Positions 1-12,434 are shown, numbered from the stretch's first letter. The stretch is DNA of 64,000 nt from an uncultured Chlamydiae bacterium (GCA_963754655.1 CAVWGN010000001.1:2496001-2560000); one strand, 5' to 3'. Numbers and translations: made by a program. Notes: generated from the letters alone by a model not told the origin.

Positions 1-311
1 ATAAACATGTTACCCAAAATCTACTCTTTTTGTACCATGCCGGCTGTAAGGACAATAAACCAGGACAACCTCCTGGTTATGAATAGGTTGTGTCATGCAG
101 CCTAAGGGATTGCCAGTGTCACATGGTTTTAGTAAAAATACCTTGCACATTCACTATCCTTTCTTAATAAAAGCTAACAATTTTTCTTCATTTCCAAATG
201 AAACAAGTATAAAAATAGGGATAAAAAATGGCAAAAGCTAAAACATCTTTTCGTTCAATCAGATTTTTGGCATAGTCAAATCAAAGGAAACTGAAAAGTA
301 AAAGACACTTT

Positions 312-1010
312 ATGACGAAGACTGATTCTAATCCTGTTTTAATTGCTAAAAAAGCTGCCGGACGAGCTGCAGCTGAACTTATTCAAGAAGGGATGCTAGT
401 AGGATTAGGAACAGGTTCTACCGCAGCTTTTTTCATTGAAGCTCTTGGAAAAAGATGCCAAGAAGGCTTGAGGATTGCCGCTATTGCCACTTCACAACAA
501 TCAAATCGCCAAGCTCAGCAATTGGGAATTCCGCTCATAGACCCCAACACTATTACCATGCTTGATCTAATTGTCGATGGAGCTGATGAGATTGATCATC
601 ATAAAAATATGATTAAAGGAGGCGGAGGCGCTTTGCTTAGAGAAAAACTTCTTGCTCAAGCCAGTCATGAAATGGTTGTTATTATTGATGAAACTAAGCT
701 TGTCGATCATTTAGGAGACCATCCTCTTCCCGTTGAAATTGCTTCGTTTGTTTATTGCAACACACTGCAGCGTCTTAAAGCGCAAGGTTATCAAGGAGTT
801 CTAAGACTGAACCGAGAAAAAGATCCCTTTGTCACTGATAATGGCAATTATATCTTTGATATTCAATACTCTACGCCTATTTTAGATCCTCAGAAAGAAC
901 AAGAACGCTTAAAAAGCATTACAGGAGTTCTAGAAACAGGACTCTTTTTTGATCTTGCCAAAAGAATTATCATTGGTTATGAGGATGGTTTTGTCAAAAT
1001 TCAGGCATAA
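312..1010 (+). CDS. rpiA: Ribose-5-phosphate isomerase A
   Basis: Motifs GLGTGST, DGADEID, KGGGGALLREK, TDNGNYI. Confidence 0.97.
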   Translation: MTKTDSNPVLIAKKAAGRAAAELIQEGMLVGLGTGSTAAFFIEALGKRCQEGLRIAAIATSQQSNRQAQQLGIPLIDPNTITMLDLIVDGADEIDHHKNMIKGGGGALLREKLLAQASHEMVVIIDETKLVDHLGDHPLPVEIASFVYCNTLQRLKAQGYQGVLRLNREKDPFVTDNGNYIFDIQYSTPILDPQKEQERLKSITGVLETGLFFDLAKRIIIGYEDGFVKIQA

Positions 1011-1039
1011 ACCTGAGCTAAAATAAATAGGATAACGGC

Positions 1040-1453
1040 ATGCTCTCTGAACTCATTCAAGTTTCTTTCGATAAAATTATGCAGACACGCTCTTATACGG
1101 TTATTGTCCTAAGCGCGCAAGGTAAAAGCTTTGCAATCTATACAGATCCAGGCATTGGTAAAACACTCCAGCTCTTTTTGACAGAGCTGGAAAGTCCACG
1201 CCCCCTCACACATGAGCTCATTGATAAAATTTTTGAAGGAATGGACATCCGTGTAAAACAAGTTGTCATCAATGATGTTCAAGATACTATTTATTATGCT
1301 CGTCTATTTCTTGAACAAGATATCGGAGACATGCGCCATATTGTAGAAATTGATGCCCGTCCCAGCGATTGCCTCACTCTCGCTCTCATGAATAATGCCC
1401 CGGTTTATTGCACAAGAGAAGTTCTCTACAAGACGATTCCTATAGAAGAATGA
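1040..1453 (+). CDS. Bifunctional nuclease family protein (DUF151)
   Basis: RPLTHEL and IDARPSDCL motifs typical of DUF151. Confidence 0.85.
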   Translation: MLSELIQVSFDKIMQTRSYTVIVLSAQGKSFAIYTDPGIGKTLQLFLTELESPRPLTHELIDKIFEGMDIRVKQVVINDVQDTIYYARLFLEQDIGDMRHIVEIDARPSDCLTLALMNNAPVYCTREVLYKTIPIEE

Positions 1454-1519
1454 GCAGTTTAATTTGATTTTTTCAATTTCTTTTTGGTATTTATTCGCTC
1501 GCTATCAGTCGAGTGTATG

Positions 1520-1817
1520 CTAATACTTAATGTAAAAATTATTTTTAGCCAAAGTCATAATGGATTGCACAGCTTCTTCGGCATCTTCCCCTTCCGCTTC
1601 AATTCCAATTTTTGCACCTTTCGTCGCAGCTAACATGAGAATTCCTAAAAGTGACTTTGCATTAACAGATTGTTTTTGATAAACCAGGCAGACTTTTGAT
1701 TTGAAAGCAACTTGCACATTTCACTAATTCAGTAGAAGGTCGCGTATGAAGACCACGATCATTGCCTACCACAAATTTTCCTTTTGCCGTGCGTTTTTTG
1801 ATAGGTGGATTTGTCAT
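1520..1817 (-). pseudogene. ptsH: HPr phosphocarrier protein, split by a single-base frameshift near 1705 (true pseudogene or sequencing error)
   Basis: Manual translation from ATG at 1817 gives MTNPPIKKRTAKGKFVVGNDRGLHTRPSTELVKCAS (His15 motif); a second frame continues FKSKVCLVYQKQSVNAKSLLGILMLAA (Ser46 motif). Confidence 0.85.
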
Positions 1818-2018
1818 CGCGTTTTATCCTTATATCACTTATCCTTGTTCAACAGCACAAGTTTAGGCTGGACTGTCGGTCCTCGTAAATGGAATCAGAT
1901 TTGAAACTGAAAAAACCATAGAAATAAGAAACCAATAATCACTCATCATTATTCTTCTATGAACAAATAATAGGTGATAAGATTTATAGCAAATGTTTTC
2001 TATTATGGAGATAAGATA

Positions 2019-3840
2019 ATGAAAACGCGTGAAGAAGTGCCTTTAAATGATCGATGGAATGTCGAAGCTCTTTATCCCAATCAAATCGCCTGGGAACAAG
2101 CATTCAAAACCTTCGTTCCTCATCTTCAACAAACTCCTCATTGGCCAGCCCTGCAAGCTTATCAAGGAAGTTTTGAGAAGGGTCCCGAACAGGTTAAAAA
2201 AGCGCTTGATCTCATGATGGATATTGATCGAGAACTCTCTAAACTTTATACCTATGCTCATTTACGCCACGATGAAGATATCACCAATCCTGAATTTAAA
2301 AAGAGCTATGAGCAAATTTTAACTCTTGCCCACGCTTTTGCTCAAGAAACGGCTTGGTTTCAACCTGAATTAATGGCACTATCTGACGCTCTTTTGAGTC
2401 AATATCTCGCCTCCCCTCTTCTTGCTGATTATCATTTTTACTTAGAAAAAATGATTCGCATGAAAAAACATACGCTATCACCTGATAATGAGAAATTGAT
2501 GGCCTTTGCAGGGCAAGCCCTCCAAACGTCCTATAAAGCCTTTAGTGCAATTAATGATGCCGATTTTAAATTTGAGGCGGTCTTAGACAGCCAAGAAGAA
2601 TCCAAGCCTCTGTCGCATGCCACTTATGGAATTTATATTCGTGATCAAGATCGCCTTTTGCGTGAACATGCCTTTAAACAGTATCACCGCCAATATTAAT
2701 TCTTATGAAAATACCCTGTGCGAACTTTTGACAGGTCAAGTGCAAAATCATCTTTTTCAAGCTCGTTCACGCCACTTTTCTTCGTGCTTAGAAGCCGCTC
2801 TATTTCCCAAAAACATCGACACTTCTGTTTATCATTCCTTAATCCAAGCTGTTCATGAACGCCTCGATGTCTTGCATCGCTATATGCAACTCCGCAAACG
2901 CATTTTAGAAGTGAATGAATTGCATTTGTATGATGTTTATGTGCCCTTGACTTCTGCTGTCGACATTCGCATGTCCTATGTAGAAGCCGAAACACTTGTG
3001 ATTGAATCAGTGGCTCCTTTGGGATCTGAATATCAAGAGTTTCTCAAAAAAGGATTTCAGGAACAGCGCTGGGTTGATCGCTATGAAAACCAAAATAAAC
3101 GCTCAGGTGCTTATTCTAGCGGATGCTTTGATAGCATGCCTTATATTCTCATGAACTATAAGAACCTTTTGCGTGATGTGTTCACTCTAGCGCATGAAGC
3201 AGGTCACAGCATGCATAGTCTTTACAGTCGTAACACACAACCCTATCAATACAGCGATTATCCCATCTTTCTGGCTGAGGTCGCCTCAACCTTCAATGAA
3301 GATCTTCTGACCCGCTTGCTTATTAATCGCTGTCAAGATCCTCACGAGAAAATTTTTCTCCTCAATCAAAAAATTGAAGATATTCGAGGAACCCTTTTCC
3401 GCCAAACAATGTTTGCTGAATTTGAACTGCTCATTCACCAACATGTTGAACAAGGAACTCCCTTGACTCCCCAACTCCTCAAACAAGAATATCGACAACT
3501 CAACCACACCTATTTTGGGCCTGCTACCTTTATTGATAAAGAAATTGAGATCGAATGGGCACGTATTCCTCATTTCTACTACAATTTTTATGTTTTCCAA
3601 TATGCAACAGGAATCAGCGCCGCTTTAGCTCTCGCAGAAAAAGTCGTTAAAGGCAATGAACAAGACCGTGCAGCTTATCTCTCTTTCTTAAAAGGAGGAT
3701 CAAGCCAATATCCCATTGAGATGTTAAAAATGGCCGGCATAGACATGACATCTCCTGCACCCGTTAAAGCAGCTATTCAAACCTTCGATCAACTCTTGAC
3801 TGAATTAGAACAACTGCTTCATCAAACGACAAAGAGCTAA
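2019..3840 (+). CDS. pepF: Oligoendopeptidase F (M3B), with an apparent single-base frameshift near 2695
   Basis: ORFs 1974-2699 and 2617-3840 join into one PepF; HEAGH zinc motif, KRSGAYS, WARIPHFY; caatattaattct has one base too many for QYNSYEN. Confidence 0.9.
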
Positions 3841-3887
3841 AATATTTATTATATGATTAACAAAACATAGCATGCAAAACATCGATA

Positions 3888-3914
3888 TTAGCAATTAAAT
3901 ACAGCCAGTGCTAA
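3888..3914 (+). promoter_or_regulatory. CIRCE operator (HrcA site) of groESL
   Basis: TTAGCAATT-N9-CAGTGCTAA versus consensus TTAGCACTC-N9-GAGTGCTAA, directly upstream of groES. Confidence 0.9.
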
Positions 3915-3919
3915 TTTTG

Positions 3920-3948
3920 TTGCAAAAAAAAGACAAAAGAAGTACTTT
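3920..3948 (+). promoter_or_regulatory. Putative sigma66 promoter of groESL
   Basis: TTGCAA-17 nt-TACTTT immediately after CIRCE. Confidence 0.55.
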
Positions 3949-3994
3949 ATTAGCTTCAAGACGATCATTTATCACTTAACATAGGAGATTCTTT

Positions 3995-4327
3995 ATGGCC
4001 CAAACTCAAATGGCAGCAACATCTACTTCTCGCAACGTTAAGCTTAAACCATTAGGCAATCGCGTTCTTGTTCGTCGCTTAGCAGCTGAGGAAAAATTAA
4101 AAGGAGGAATTATTCTTCCCGATACAGCAAAGAAAAAGCAAGAGCAAGCAGAAGTCGTCGCTCTTGGCTCTGGAAAAAAGGATAAGAATGGCACCTTAAT
4201 TCCCATGCCGGTTAAAGTTGGCAACATCATTTTGATGGAAAAGTATTCTGGACAGGAAGTGACATTAGATGACGAAGAATTTGTGATTCTTCGTGCCGAT
4301 GATATTATTGCGATTGTCGAACAGTAA
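3995..4327 (+). CDS. groES: Co-chaperonin GroES
   Basis: LKPLGNRVLV, GGIILPDTAK motifs. Confidence 0.98.
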   Translation: MAQTQMAATSTSRNVKLKPLGNRVLVRRLAAEEKLKGGIILPDTAKKKQEQAEVVALGSGKKDKNGTLIPMPVKVGNIILMEKYSGQEVTLDDEEFVILRADDIIAIVEQ

Positions 4328-4347
4328 TCAGATGATAGAACAATTAA

Positions 4348-5982
<1,635 letters not shown>

Positions 5983-6010
5983 AAGCTTAAAACCTTGAGT
6001 TTATTAGTTA

Positions 6011-6039
6011 AGGGGAAGGTCTGTGGCCTTCCCTTTTTT
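6011..6039 (+). terminator. Intrinsic terminator after groEL
   Basis: gggaaggtc-tgt-ggccttccc stem followed by T6. Confidence 0.8.
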
Positions 6040-6115
6040 ATCCCTCTTTACTATTTTTATCACAAAAATATTGTGTTAAATTAAATGATCTTCTAATATA
6101 GCACTTCTTACTTAT

Positions 6116-6187
6116 TCCGGATTAGCTCAGCGGTAGAGCAGTGGACTGTTAATCCATTGGTCGTAGGTTCGAATCCTGCATCCGGAG
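6116..6187 (+). tRNA. tRNA-Asn (GTT), CCA not encoded
   Basis: Acceptor stem TCCGGAT/ATCCGGA, D-arm AGCTCAGCGGTAGAGC, anticodon loop CTGTTAA, T-loop GGTTCGAATCC. Confidence 0.96.
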
Positions 6188-6321
6188 ACTTACTGGCTGA
6201 TGTGACAGTGCACTTAAGGCCAAAAGCGACTCACGCGATGTCACTAGCCGCTTTTTTTCATCTAATTTCAAGTTCGAAAAAAACAAATTAGCCATTAATA
6301 TTTTTCACTCAATTTCAACTC

Positions 6322-6400
6322 ATGAAGATTTCCGTAGCTCGCTTTGCTAAAGTGGTTTTCCCGATCCTGGCATTCCGCAAATTAGGTAAAGACTTGATAT
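6322..6400 (-). pseudogene. Short remnant of a P-loop kinase/AAA N-terminus
   Basis: Minus strand reads LYLICGMPGSGK then, after a frameshift, TTLAK. Confidence 0.5.
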
Positions 6401-6432
6401 TTGTTAACATTAATATCTTTAAGGACTTATTC

Positions 6433-6735
6433 TTAGGTTAATCTTAAATTCAAACCCAAAGCCACACATAAGGAAACTAATGTATGCCATTTTGGGTTGC
6501 CTGTACCTGAAAGAGTCTTGTAAAGGCTCTCTCGGCCGACATGCGCCTTCTTGGCTAAAACACCAATTCCACCTTGTGCGTCTGCAACATTGCGTAATGC
6601 CACAAGAAAAAGCTTCTGAGACTCTTCATCTCCTTTTAAGCTTTCATTTAATGCTTCATTCAAATAAGCCACAGCAAAATCATGATCTTGAAGTTGCTCC
6701 AAAAGAAAATTTTGATATTTTCTACTTCTTGCCAT
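6433..6735 (-). CDS. Addiction-module antidote protein (HTH antitoxin, TIGR02684-like)
   Basis: AYLNEAL...LRNVADAQGG...RESLYKTLSGTGNP signature; overlaps the toxin 3' end. Confidence 0.88.
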   Translation of the reverse strand: MARSRKYQNFLLEQLQDHDFAVAYLNEALNESLKGDEESQKLFLVALRNVADAQGGIGVLAKKAHVGRESLYKTLSGTGNPKWHTLVSLCVALGLNLRLT

Positions 6736-7679
6736 TATTTAAACCCCTTGATTGATAATCCTTCAAATAATCTTTTGCTTTATTAAGTCACCTTACGCAA
6801 GCGAGGTTAAAGAATCAGTGATATCCTTTAAATAACCAATAGCATGATTTGTTTAATAGCCTGAAAGGCTTCAAAGAAAATAGCCCAGGCTAGGGTGTTC
6901 ATTTTGTGCAAAAAATGAGCTTTATTTTTTCACAATAATTGGCATAGTTGAATTGAAGGTCGCATGTTTATGCCGTCCTTTCAGGACTCGATGTCTTTTT
7001 GATAGAACCCAGGCCTCCGCTTCGCTGCGACCTGGGCTGTAACATGACGGCCCTTCAGGCCTTAACAAGAGATATTTAAGTCCCTCTTCTATAGTCCCTA
7101 AACATCTTTTTGTTAAGGCCTGAAGGGCCGTCATGTTACAGCCCAGGTCGCAGCGAAGCGGAGGCCTGGGTTCTATCAAAAAGACATCGAGTCCTGAAAG
7201 GACGGCATAAACATCTGACCTTCAATTCAACTATGCCAATTATTGTGAAAAAATAAAGCTCATTTTTTGCACAAAATGAACACCCTAGCCTGGGCTATTT
7301 TCTTTGAAGCCTTTCAGGCTATTAAACAAATCATGCTATTGGTTATTTAAAGGATATCACTGATTCTTTAACCTTGCTTGCGTAAGGTGAGTTATTAATA
7401 TCTTTATCTTGAGAACCTTTATCGCCACCACAAAGCAATAAAACGATCTTATTACCAATCTTCCTGTAATAAAATTCTAATTCCTGATCCGTAATGAATT
7501 CTTAACTCAGAAACTCATTCTTGCAACGTTTTGCAATCTCCAAAGTTTCCAAGCTTTAATCGATCTAGACGCATTGAGATTCTAGCCTTTGTATGAACCT
7601 CTTTAAGTCCTTCAAGCCAAATTTCGAAAGGTCGCTTGCCTGTCGTTGTTTCGTAAACCTCAATTTCGATCTCTTTCAT
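6722..7679 (-). pseudogene. Addiction-module killer toxin (RelE/ParE-like, TIGR02683-type), inactivated
   Basis: Manual translation MKEIEIEVYETTTGKRPFEIWLEGLKEVHTKARISMRLDRLKLGNFGDCKTLQE*VSELRIHYGSGIRI/YYRKIGNKIVLLLCGGDKGSQDKDIN[insertion]KAKDYL; internal stop at 7515-7517, one frameshift and a 605-bp insertion. Confidence 0.88.
6787..7391. mobile_element. 605-bp nested palindromic non-autonomous element (MITE-like ends plus REPIN core)
   Basis: Arms of about 290 bp nearly perfectly inverted around a ~20-nt loop (7079-7098); termini TCACCTTACGCAAGC; flanked by TTATTAA direct repeats (6780-6786, 7392-7398). Confidence 0.88.
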
Positions 7680-7946
7680 ATAACCTTATTGTATCTTCTA
7701 GGATACTTTATTTTCAAGTGAATTTTAAGCTATTAATTTTGAGGGTGTTGAAAATTCTTGGGAGAAGTTGAGTTTGATTTCTATTTTTTTAGCATATGCA
7801 GCAAGAAGAGCTTGATGAGCCGTGTAAGTCTTATCTCGGCTCCATGTTTTATTCGCTCGAAAGCACCTGATAAGCTCTTTGCTATTCAAATAAGAAAAAA
7901 TTTCAAGACTGATTTCTGGCGGAAGTAAATTTACAAAATCAACTAG

Positions 7947-8783
7947 GGAGCGTACCTAAAAGATTTAAAATAATAACTCTTATGATTTATAATTTTCTCT
8001 GATAAAACAAGGGGGAAATTTGAATGGGTAGGATAGTATTAACTAATGAAAGATGGATAAAAATAAAACCTTTATTGCCAAAAGAACGAGGATATTGGGG
8101 CAGACCAAGTCGGCCTCATCGTAAGATTTTAGAAGGCATTATTTGGATTTTAAGAACAGGAGCCGCTTGGAGGGATCTACCACCCAAGTATGGTCCTTGG
8201 AGCACATGTTATAATCGCTTTAATCGATGGACAAAGGCTGGAATCTGGCAAACGATTTGGCAAGCTTTAAAAGATGAAATTGACGAAGAAAATTACTCTG
8301 TAGACAGCTCAATTGTTGAAGCGCATCAAGATGCTTGTAGGATAAAAAAAAGCCGAAGAAGCCATGGGAAAATCAAGGGCCGGAACAACCACAAAAATTC
8401 ATGCAGTAACAGATGGATTAGGTCGTTGTATTGATTTTATCTTGACAGAAGGTCAAGTACACGAGAGCACTCAAATGAAGCTTTTACTCAGTGAAAAAAA
8501 TCCACAAAATGTTATAGCTGATAAAGCTTACGACTCAAATGAAATCAGAAATTTTATAGAAAAGATGGGAAGTCAAGCTGTCATACCCAGCAAAGTATCA
8601 AGAGCTGAACTAATTGAACATGATAAACATATCTACAGAGAGCGTTGCTTGGTAGAAAATTTTTTTCAGTTTATAAAACGATTTAGGCGTATTGGAATAA
8701 GATACGAAATGAAAGCTCAAAATTATGCAGGAATGTTGACAATCACTTGTATTATACAATGGCTAATCTTTTAGGTACGCTCC
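7947..8783 (+). mobile_element. IS5-family (IS427-like) insertion sequence
   Basis: TIR GGAGCGTACCTAAAAG / CTTTTAGGTACGCTCC flanked by CTAG on both sides; two overlapping transposase ORFs. Confidence 0.92.
8024..8774 (+). CDS. IS5 transposase split into ORFs 8024-8434 and 8364-8774 at an A8 run (8344-8351)
   Basis: WRDLPPKYGPWSTCYNRFNRW, VDSS, TKIHAVTD, ADKAYDS, RCLVENFF; second ORF is in the +1 frame, so slippage or an indel is required. Confidence 0.88.
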
Positions 8784-8942
8784 CTAGTACTCCATTACTT
8801 TTCAAGATTAGATAATTGCATGCTCGTTTAATTCCTTGATTCCCCTTTTCAAAAATTCAACTTGACTTTTGTTAAATAAAACTTATGTTAGAGTTTATTT
8901 TAAAATCACTACACATAGAAAAGTTAAAGGATATTTGGAAAA

Positions 8943-9821
8943 ATGAAAAAGGCAAGAAAACCTGTCTTTTACATGTTGCTCTTTACAGGTTTAATTGTGA
9001 TCATCGTCTTGCTTATGCAGCCGGTGGCAATCTTTCACTTTGGCGACTATATCGACATTCTCTTTCCTTCAGGACGCATTGCTCTTGAAGAGCGTAATCT
9101 TCTTTTTATTATTCAAGCCCTTATGTTGCTTGTCATTATCCCTGTCTACATCTTGACTTTTGTCTTTTCTTGGAAATATAGTGCTCAAAACCCTAAGGGA
9201 GTCTACGATCCCGATTTAGTTGATAATAACCTTGCTGAAGTGGTCTGGTGGGGACTTCCCCTTATCATGACTTGTATTGTCTGCGCATTAACATGGATCA
9301 AAACTGAACAATTGGATCCTTATAAGCCGATTGAATCTGATAAAAAGCCAGTGACAATTCAAGTCGTTGCTCTCCAGTGGAAATGGTTATTTATTTATCC
9401 AGAAGAGAAAATTGCTACTGTCAATTTTTTGCAAATTCCGAACCAGACTCCTATTCATTTTGAAATTACCGCCGATGCACCCATGAATTCACTTTGGATT
9501 CCCGATTTGGGCGGCCAAATTTATGCCATGCCGGGAATGAAAACACAATTATATTTGATGGCAAATCAACTTGGAGATTCTAGAGGTTCATCGGCTAATA
9601 TTAGCGGTGTAGGCTTCTCAGGCATGCATTTCAAAACCCACACCTCTTCGGATGAAGATTATCAAAAATGGGTAGCATCAACAAAAGAATCATCAAAACC
9701 CCTTACCTTAAAAAACTATGAACAATTGGCTGCCCCAAGCATAAATCACCCAGTGGAGATTTTCACTTTGCAAGACGATTCTCTTTTCAATCAAATTATT
9801 GATAAATATATGCACCCATGA
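8943..9821 (+). CDS. cyoA: Cytochrome o ubiquinol oxidase subunit II
   Basis: QVVALQWKWLFIYP, MNSLWIPDLGGQIYAMPGM, no CuA cysteines. Confidence 0.95.
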   Translation: MKKARKPVFYMLLFTGLIVIIVLLMQPVAIFHFGDYIDILFPSGRIALEERNLLFIIQALMLLVIIPVYILTFVFSWKYSAQNPKGVYDPDLVDNNLAEVVWWGLPLIMTCIVCALTWIKTEQLDPYKPIESDKKPVTIQVVALQWKWLFIYPEEKIATVNFLQIPNQTPIHFEITADAPMNSLWIPDLGGQIYAMPGMKTQLYLMANQLGDSRGSSANISGVGFSGMHFKTHTSSDEDYQKWVASTKESSKPLTLKNYEQLAAPSINHPVEIFTLQDDSLFNQIIDKYMHP

Positions 9822-9828
9822 GTCAAAT

Positions 9829-11802
9829 ATGTTTGGCAGATTAACTTCAGATGCTTTTAAGCATGATTTCATTCAAGATGGCGCTGTCTATTCGATGCTA
9901 TTTGGAGGCCTTGCCCTCATTGGCGTCATCACTTATTTCAAGCTTTGGAAATGGCTCTGGCATGAGTGGTTCACGAGTGTTGATCCCAAAAGAATTGGGA
10001 TCATGTACATCGTTGTCGTTCTTATCATGTTTGCCAAAGGATTAGCTGATGCTCTCATGATACGCATTCAACAATCAATTGCTGTGGGAGATGCGCCTGG
10101 TTTTATTTCAGCCGAACACTTTCAAGAAGTTTTTTCTGCACATGGCACAACAATGATTTTCTTCGTCGCCATGGGTGCAATTTTTGGCCTTATGAATCTT
10201 ATTATTCCTTTACAAATTGGTGCTCGAGATGTTGCCTATCCGTTTTTAAATGCTCTGGGCTTCTGGCTTTTTGCTGCGGGAGCTATTTTAACACTTCTTT
10301 CGCTTACCATAGGAAGATTTTCAATAGCAGGCTGGCTTGCCTATCCTCCTCTTTCTGGTGTGGAATATACCCCGAATGAAGGGGTCGACTATTGGATATG
10401 GATGCTGCAAATTGCAGGGGTGGGAACTACCCTTTCAGGCATTAACTTTTTAGTGACGATTTTAAAAATGCGCTGTCCCGGTATGACGCTAATGAAAATG
10501 CCTATCTTTGTTTGGAGCGTGCTTTGTACGGTGGTTTTAATTATTTTCGCCTTCCCCATTCTGACCGCAACACTTTATATGCTGACTTTAGATCGTTACC
10601 TCGGCATGCATTTCTTTACAGCGGGCAGCGGAGGCAATCCCATGATGTATGTTAATCTTATCTGGGCTTGGGGCCATCCTGAAGTCTATATTCTTATCTT
10701 ACCCATTTTTGGTGTATTTTCTGAAATTGTGCCCACCTTCTCAGAAAAGCGACTATTCGGATATGTGTCCATGGTGTGGGCCCTGGTCTTAATTGCATTT
10801 TATTCCTTTATCGTGTGGCTGCACCATTTTTTTACAATGGGTGCCAGCCCTCCTGTCAATATTTTCTTCTCCATCATGACAATGATTATTGCAATCCCCA
10901 CAGGAGTTAAAATCTTTAACTGGCTATTTACCAAGTTTCGAGGACGTGTTCACTTCACCTCGCCTATGTTGTGGTTTTTCGCCTTTTTGCTCAATTTTAC
11001 CGTTGCAGGAATGACCGGAATCTTACTTGCTTCGCCGCCTATCGACTATCAAGTCCATAATAGCTTATTCTTGATCGCTCATTTCCACGGCATGGTGATT
11101 GGCGGCGTACTCTTTGGTTTCTTTGCTGCTGTGACTTATTGGTTTCCCAAATACACAGGATTTTTCTTGGATGAAAAGTTGAACAAATATGCTTTTGGCC
11201 TTTGGTTTCTTGGATTCATGGTTGCCTTTATGCCCCTTTATACGCTCGGTTTTATGGGAGCTACAAGGCGTCTAGACCGCTACAGTGCAGATACTGAATG
11301 GCATCCTCTGTTCATTCTTGTGGCAATCGGAGCTGCCATCATTGTGCTCGGAGCAGCTGTCCAATTTTTAGGACTCTTTTGGAGTATTTTCCATCGCAAG
11401 AAGAATTGGGATCACACGGGGGGAGATCCTTGGAATGGAAGAACACTGGAATGGTCTATCCCCTCTCCTCCTCCTATTTATAATTTTGCTATTATTCCCA
11501 CAGTCGATCAAATTGACCCCTTATGGGCGATCAAACGAGGCCATGCACCTGTACCTGAAAAGGTTTATGAGGATATTCATATCCCCAGAAATACTCCCTT
11601 AGCCCTTTATATTGGAATCTTAAGCTTGCTCTTTGGATTTGCCATGATTTGGTATATCTGGTGGCTGGCAATCGCAAGCTTTATTGGCATCGTCATCTGT
11701 TTGACTATTCGGCTTTCTAGGAAAGATAAACATGATATTCTGACTGCAGCGCAAGTGGAAGAAATAGAAACTGCATACTCAAGGAGGTCTGAAGCGATAT
11801 GA
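9829..11802 (+). CDS. cyoB: Cytochrome o ubiquinol oxidase subunit I
   Basis: WAWGHPEVY, WLHHFFTM, IAHFH; ATG at 9829 preferred. Confidence 0.97.
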   Translation: MFGRLTSDAFKHDFIQDGAVYSMLFGGLALIGVITYFKLWKWLWHEWFTSVDPKRIGIMYIVVVLIMFAKGLADALMIRIQQSIAVGDAPGFISAEHFQEVFSAHGTTMIFFVAMGAIFGLMNLIIPLQIGARDVAYPFLNALGFWLFAAGAILTLLSLTIGRFSIAGWLAYPPLSGVEYTPNEGVDYWIWMLQIAGVGTTLSGINFLVTILKMRCPGMTLMKMPIFVWSVLCTVVLIIFAFPILTATLYMLTLDRYLGMHFFTAGSGGNPMMYVNLIWAWGHPEVYILILPIFGVFSEIVPTFSEKRLFGYVSMVWALVLIAFYSFIVWLHHFFTMGASPPVNIFFSIMTMIIAIPTGVKIFNWLFTKFRGRVHFTSPMLWFFAFLLNFTVAGMTGILLASPPIDYQVHNSLFLIAHFHGMVIGGVLFGFFAAVTYWFPKYTGFFLDEKLNKYAFGLWFLGFMVAFMPLYTLGFMGATRRLDRYSADTEWHPLFILVAIGAAIIVLGAAVQFLGLFWSIFHRKKNWDHTGGDPWNGRTLEWSIPSPPPIYNFAIIPTVDQIDPLWAIKRGHAPVPEKVYEDIHIPRNTPLALYIGILSLLFGFAMIWYIWWLAIASFIGIVICLTIRLSRKDKHDILTAAQVEEIETAYSRRSEAI

Positions 11803-12434
11803 GTAAAACATGGGCCGTTCATTATCAAGATACCCTCGAATCTTTTCCCGACACTCGTACTCCCGATCCCCATCAGGATACATTTTCTAAAACTGTTCTA
11901 GGCTTTTGGCTGTATCTGATGACCGATTGCTTGATCTTTGCTTCTCTCTTTTGCGTCTATGCTATTCTTCATCAGAACACCTTTGGGGGTCCGTCAGCGA
12001 AAGAGATCTTTAGCCTCTCGACAGCATTTGCTGAAACAATGATCTTATTATTTAGCAGCGTGACATGTGGATTCGCCATGTTGCTGTCTTTAAAGAAAAA
12101 GAAAAATCAAGTCATTACTTGGCTAGCCATTTCATTTTTGCTGGGTGCCTCCTTTATTGGACTCGAACTGCACGAGTTTGCAGACTTTGTTCGAGAAGGA
12201 TATAGCTGGAAAAGAAGCGCCTTCTTATCTTCTTATTTTGGTCTTGTAGGAACACATGGGCTTCACGTCTCCATTGGGTTATTATGGATGGTGATCATGA
12301 TAGGCCAAGTATTATGGCTTGGCATCAATGTGGATACCTTTCGTAGGCTCGTCGTATTCAGCTTATTTTGGCACTTTTTAGATGTTGTATGGATTTTCAT
12401 TTTTACATTCGTTTACTTGATGGGAGTGATATAG
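11799..12434 (+). CDS. cyoC: Cytochrome o ubiquinol oxidase subunit III
   Basis: GFWLYLMTD, LVGTHGLHV, FWHFLDVVW. Confidence 0.96.
   Translation: MSKTWAVHYQDTLESFPDTRTPDPHQDTFSKTVLGFWLYLMTDCLIFASLFCVYAILHQNTFGGPSAKEIFSLSTAFAETMILLFSSVTCGFAMLLSLKKKKNQVITWLAISFLLGASFIGLELHEFADFVREGYSWKRSAFLSSYFGLVGTHGLHVSIGLLWMVIMIGQVLWLGINVDTFRRLVVFSLFWHFLDVVWIFIFTFVYLMGVI

Noticed and set aside
6922..7179. ORFs within the palindromes (6922-7179, 43464-43688, 45427-45654, 51524-51739)
   Set aside because: Translations of REP/MITE arms, present on either strand because of symmetry; no protein features
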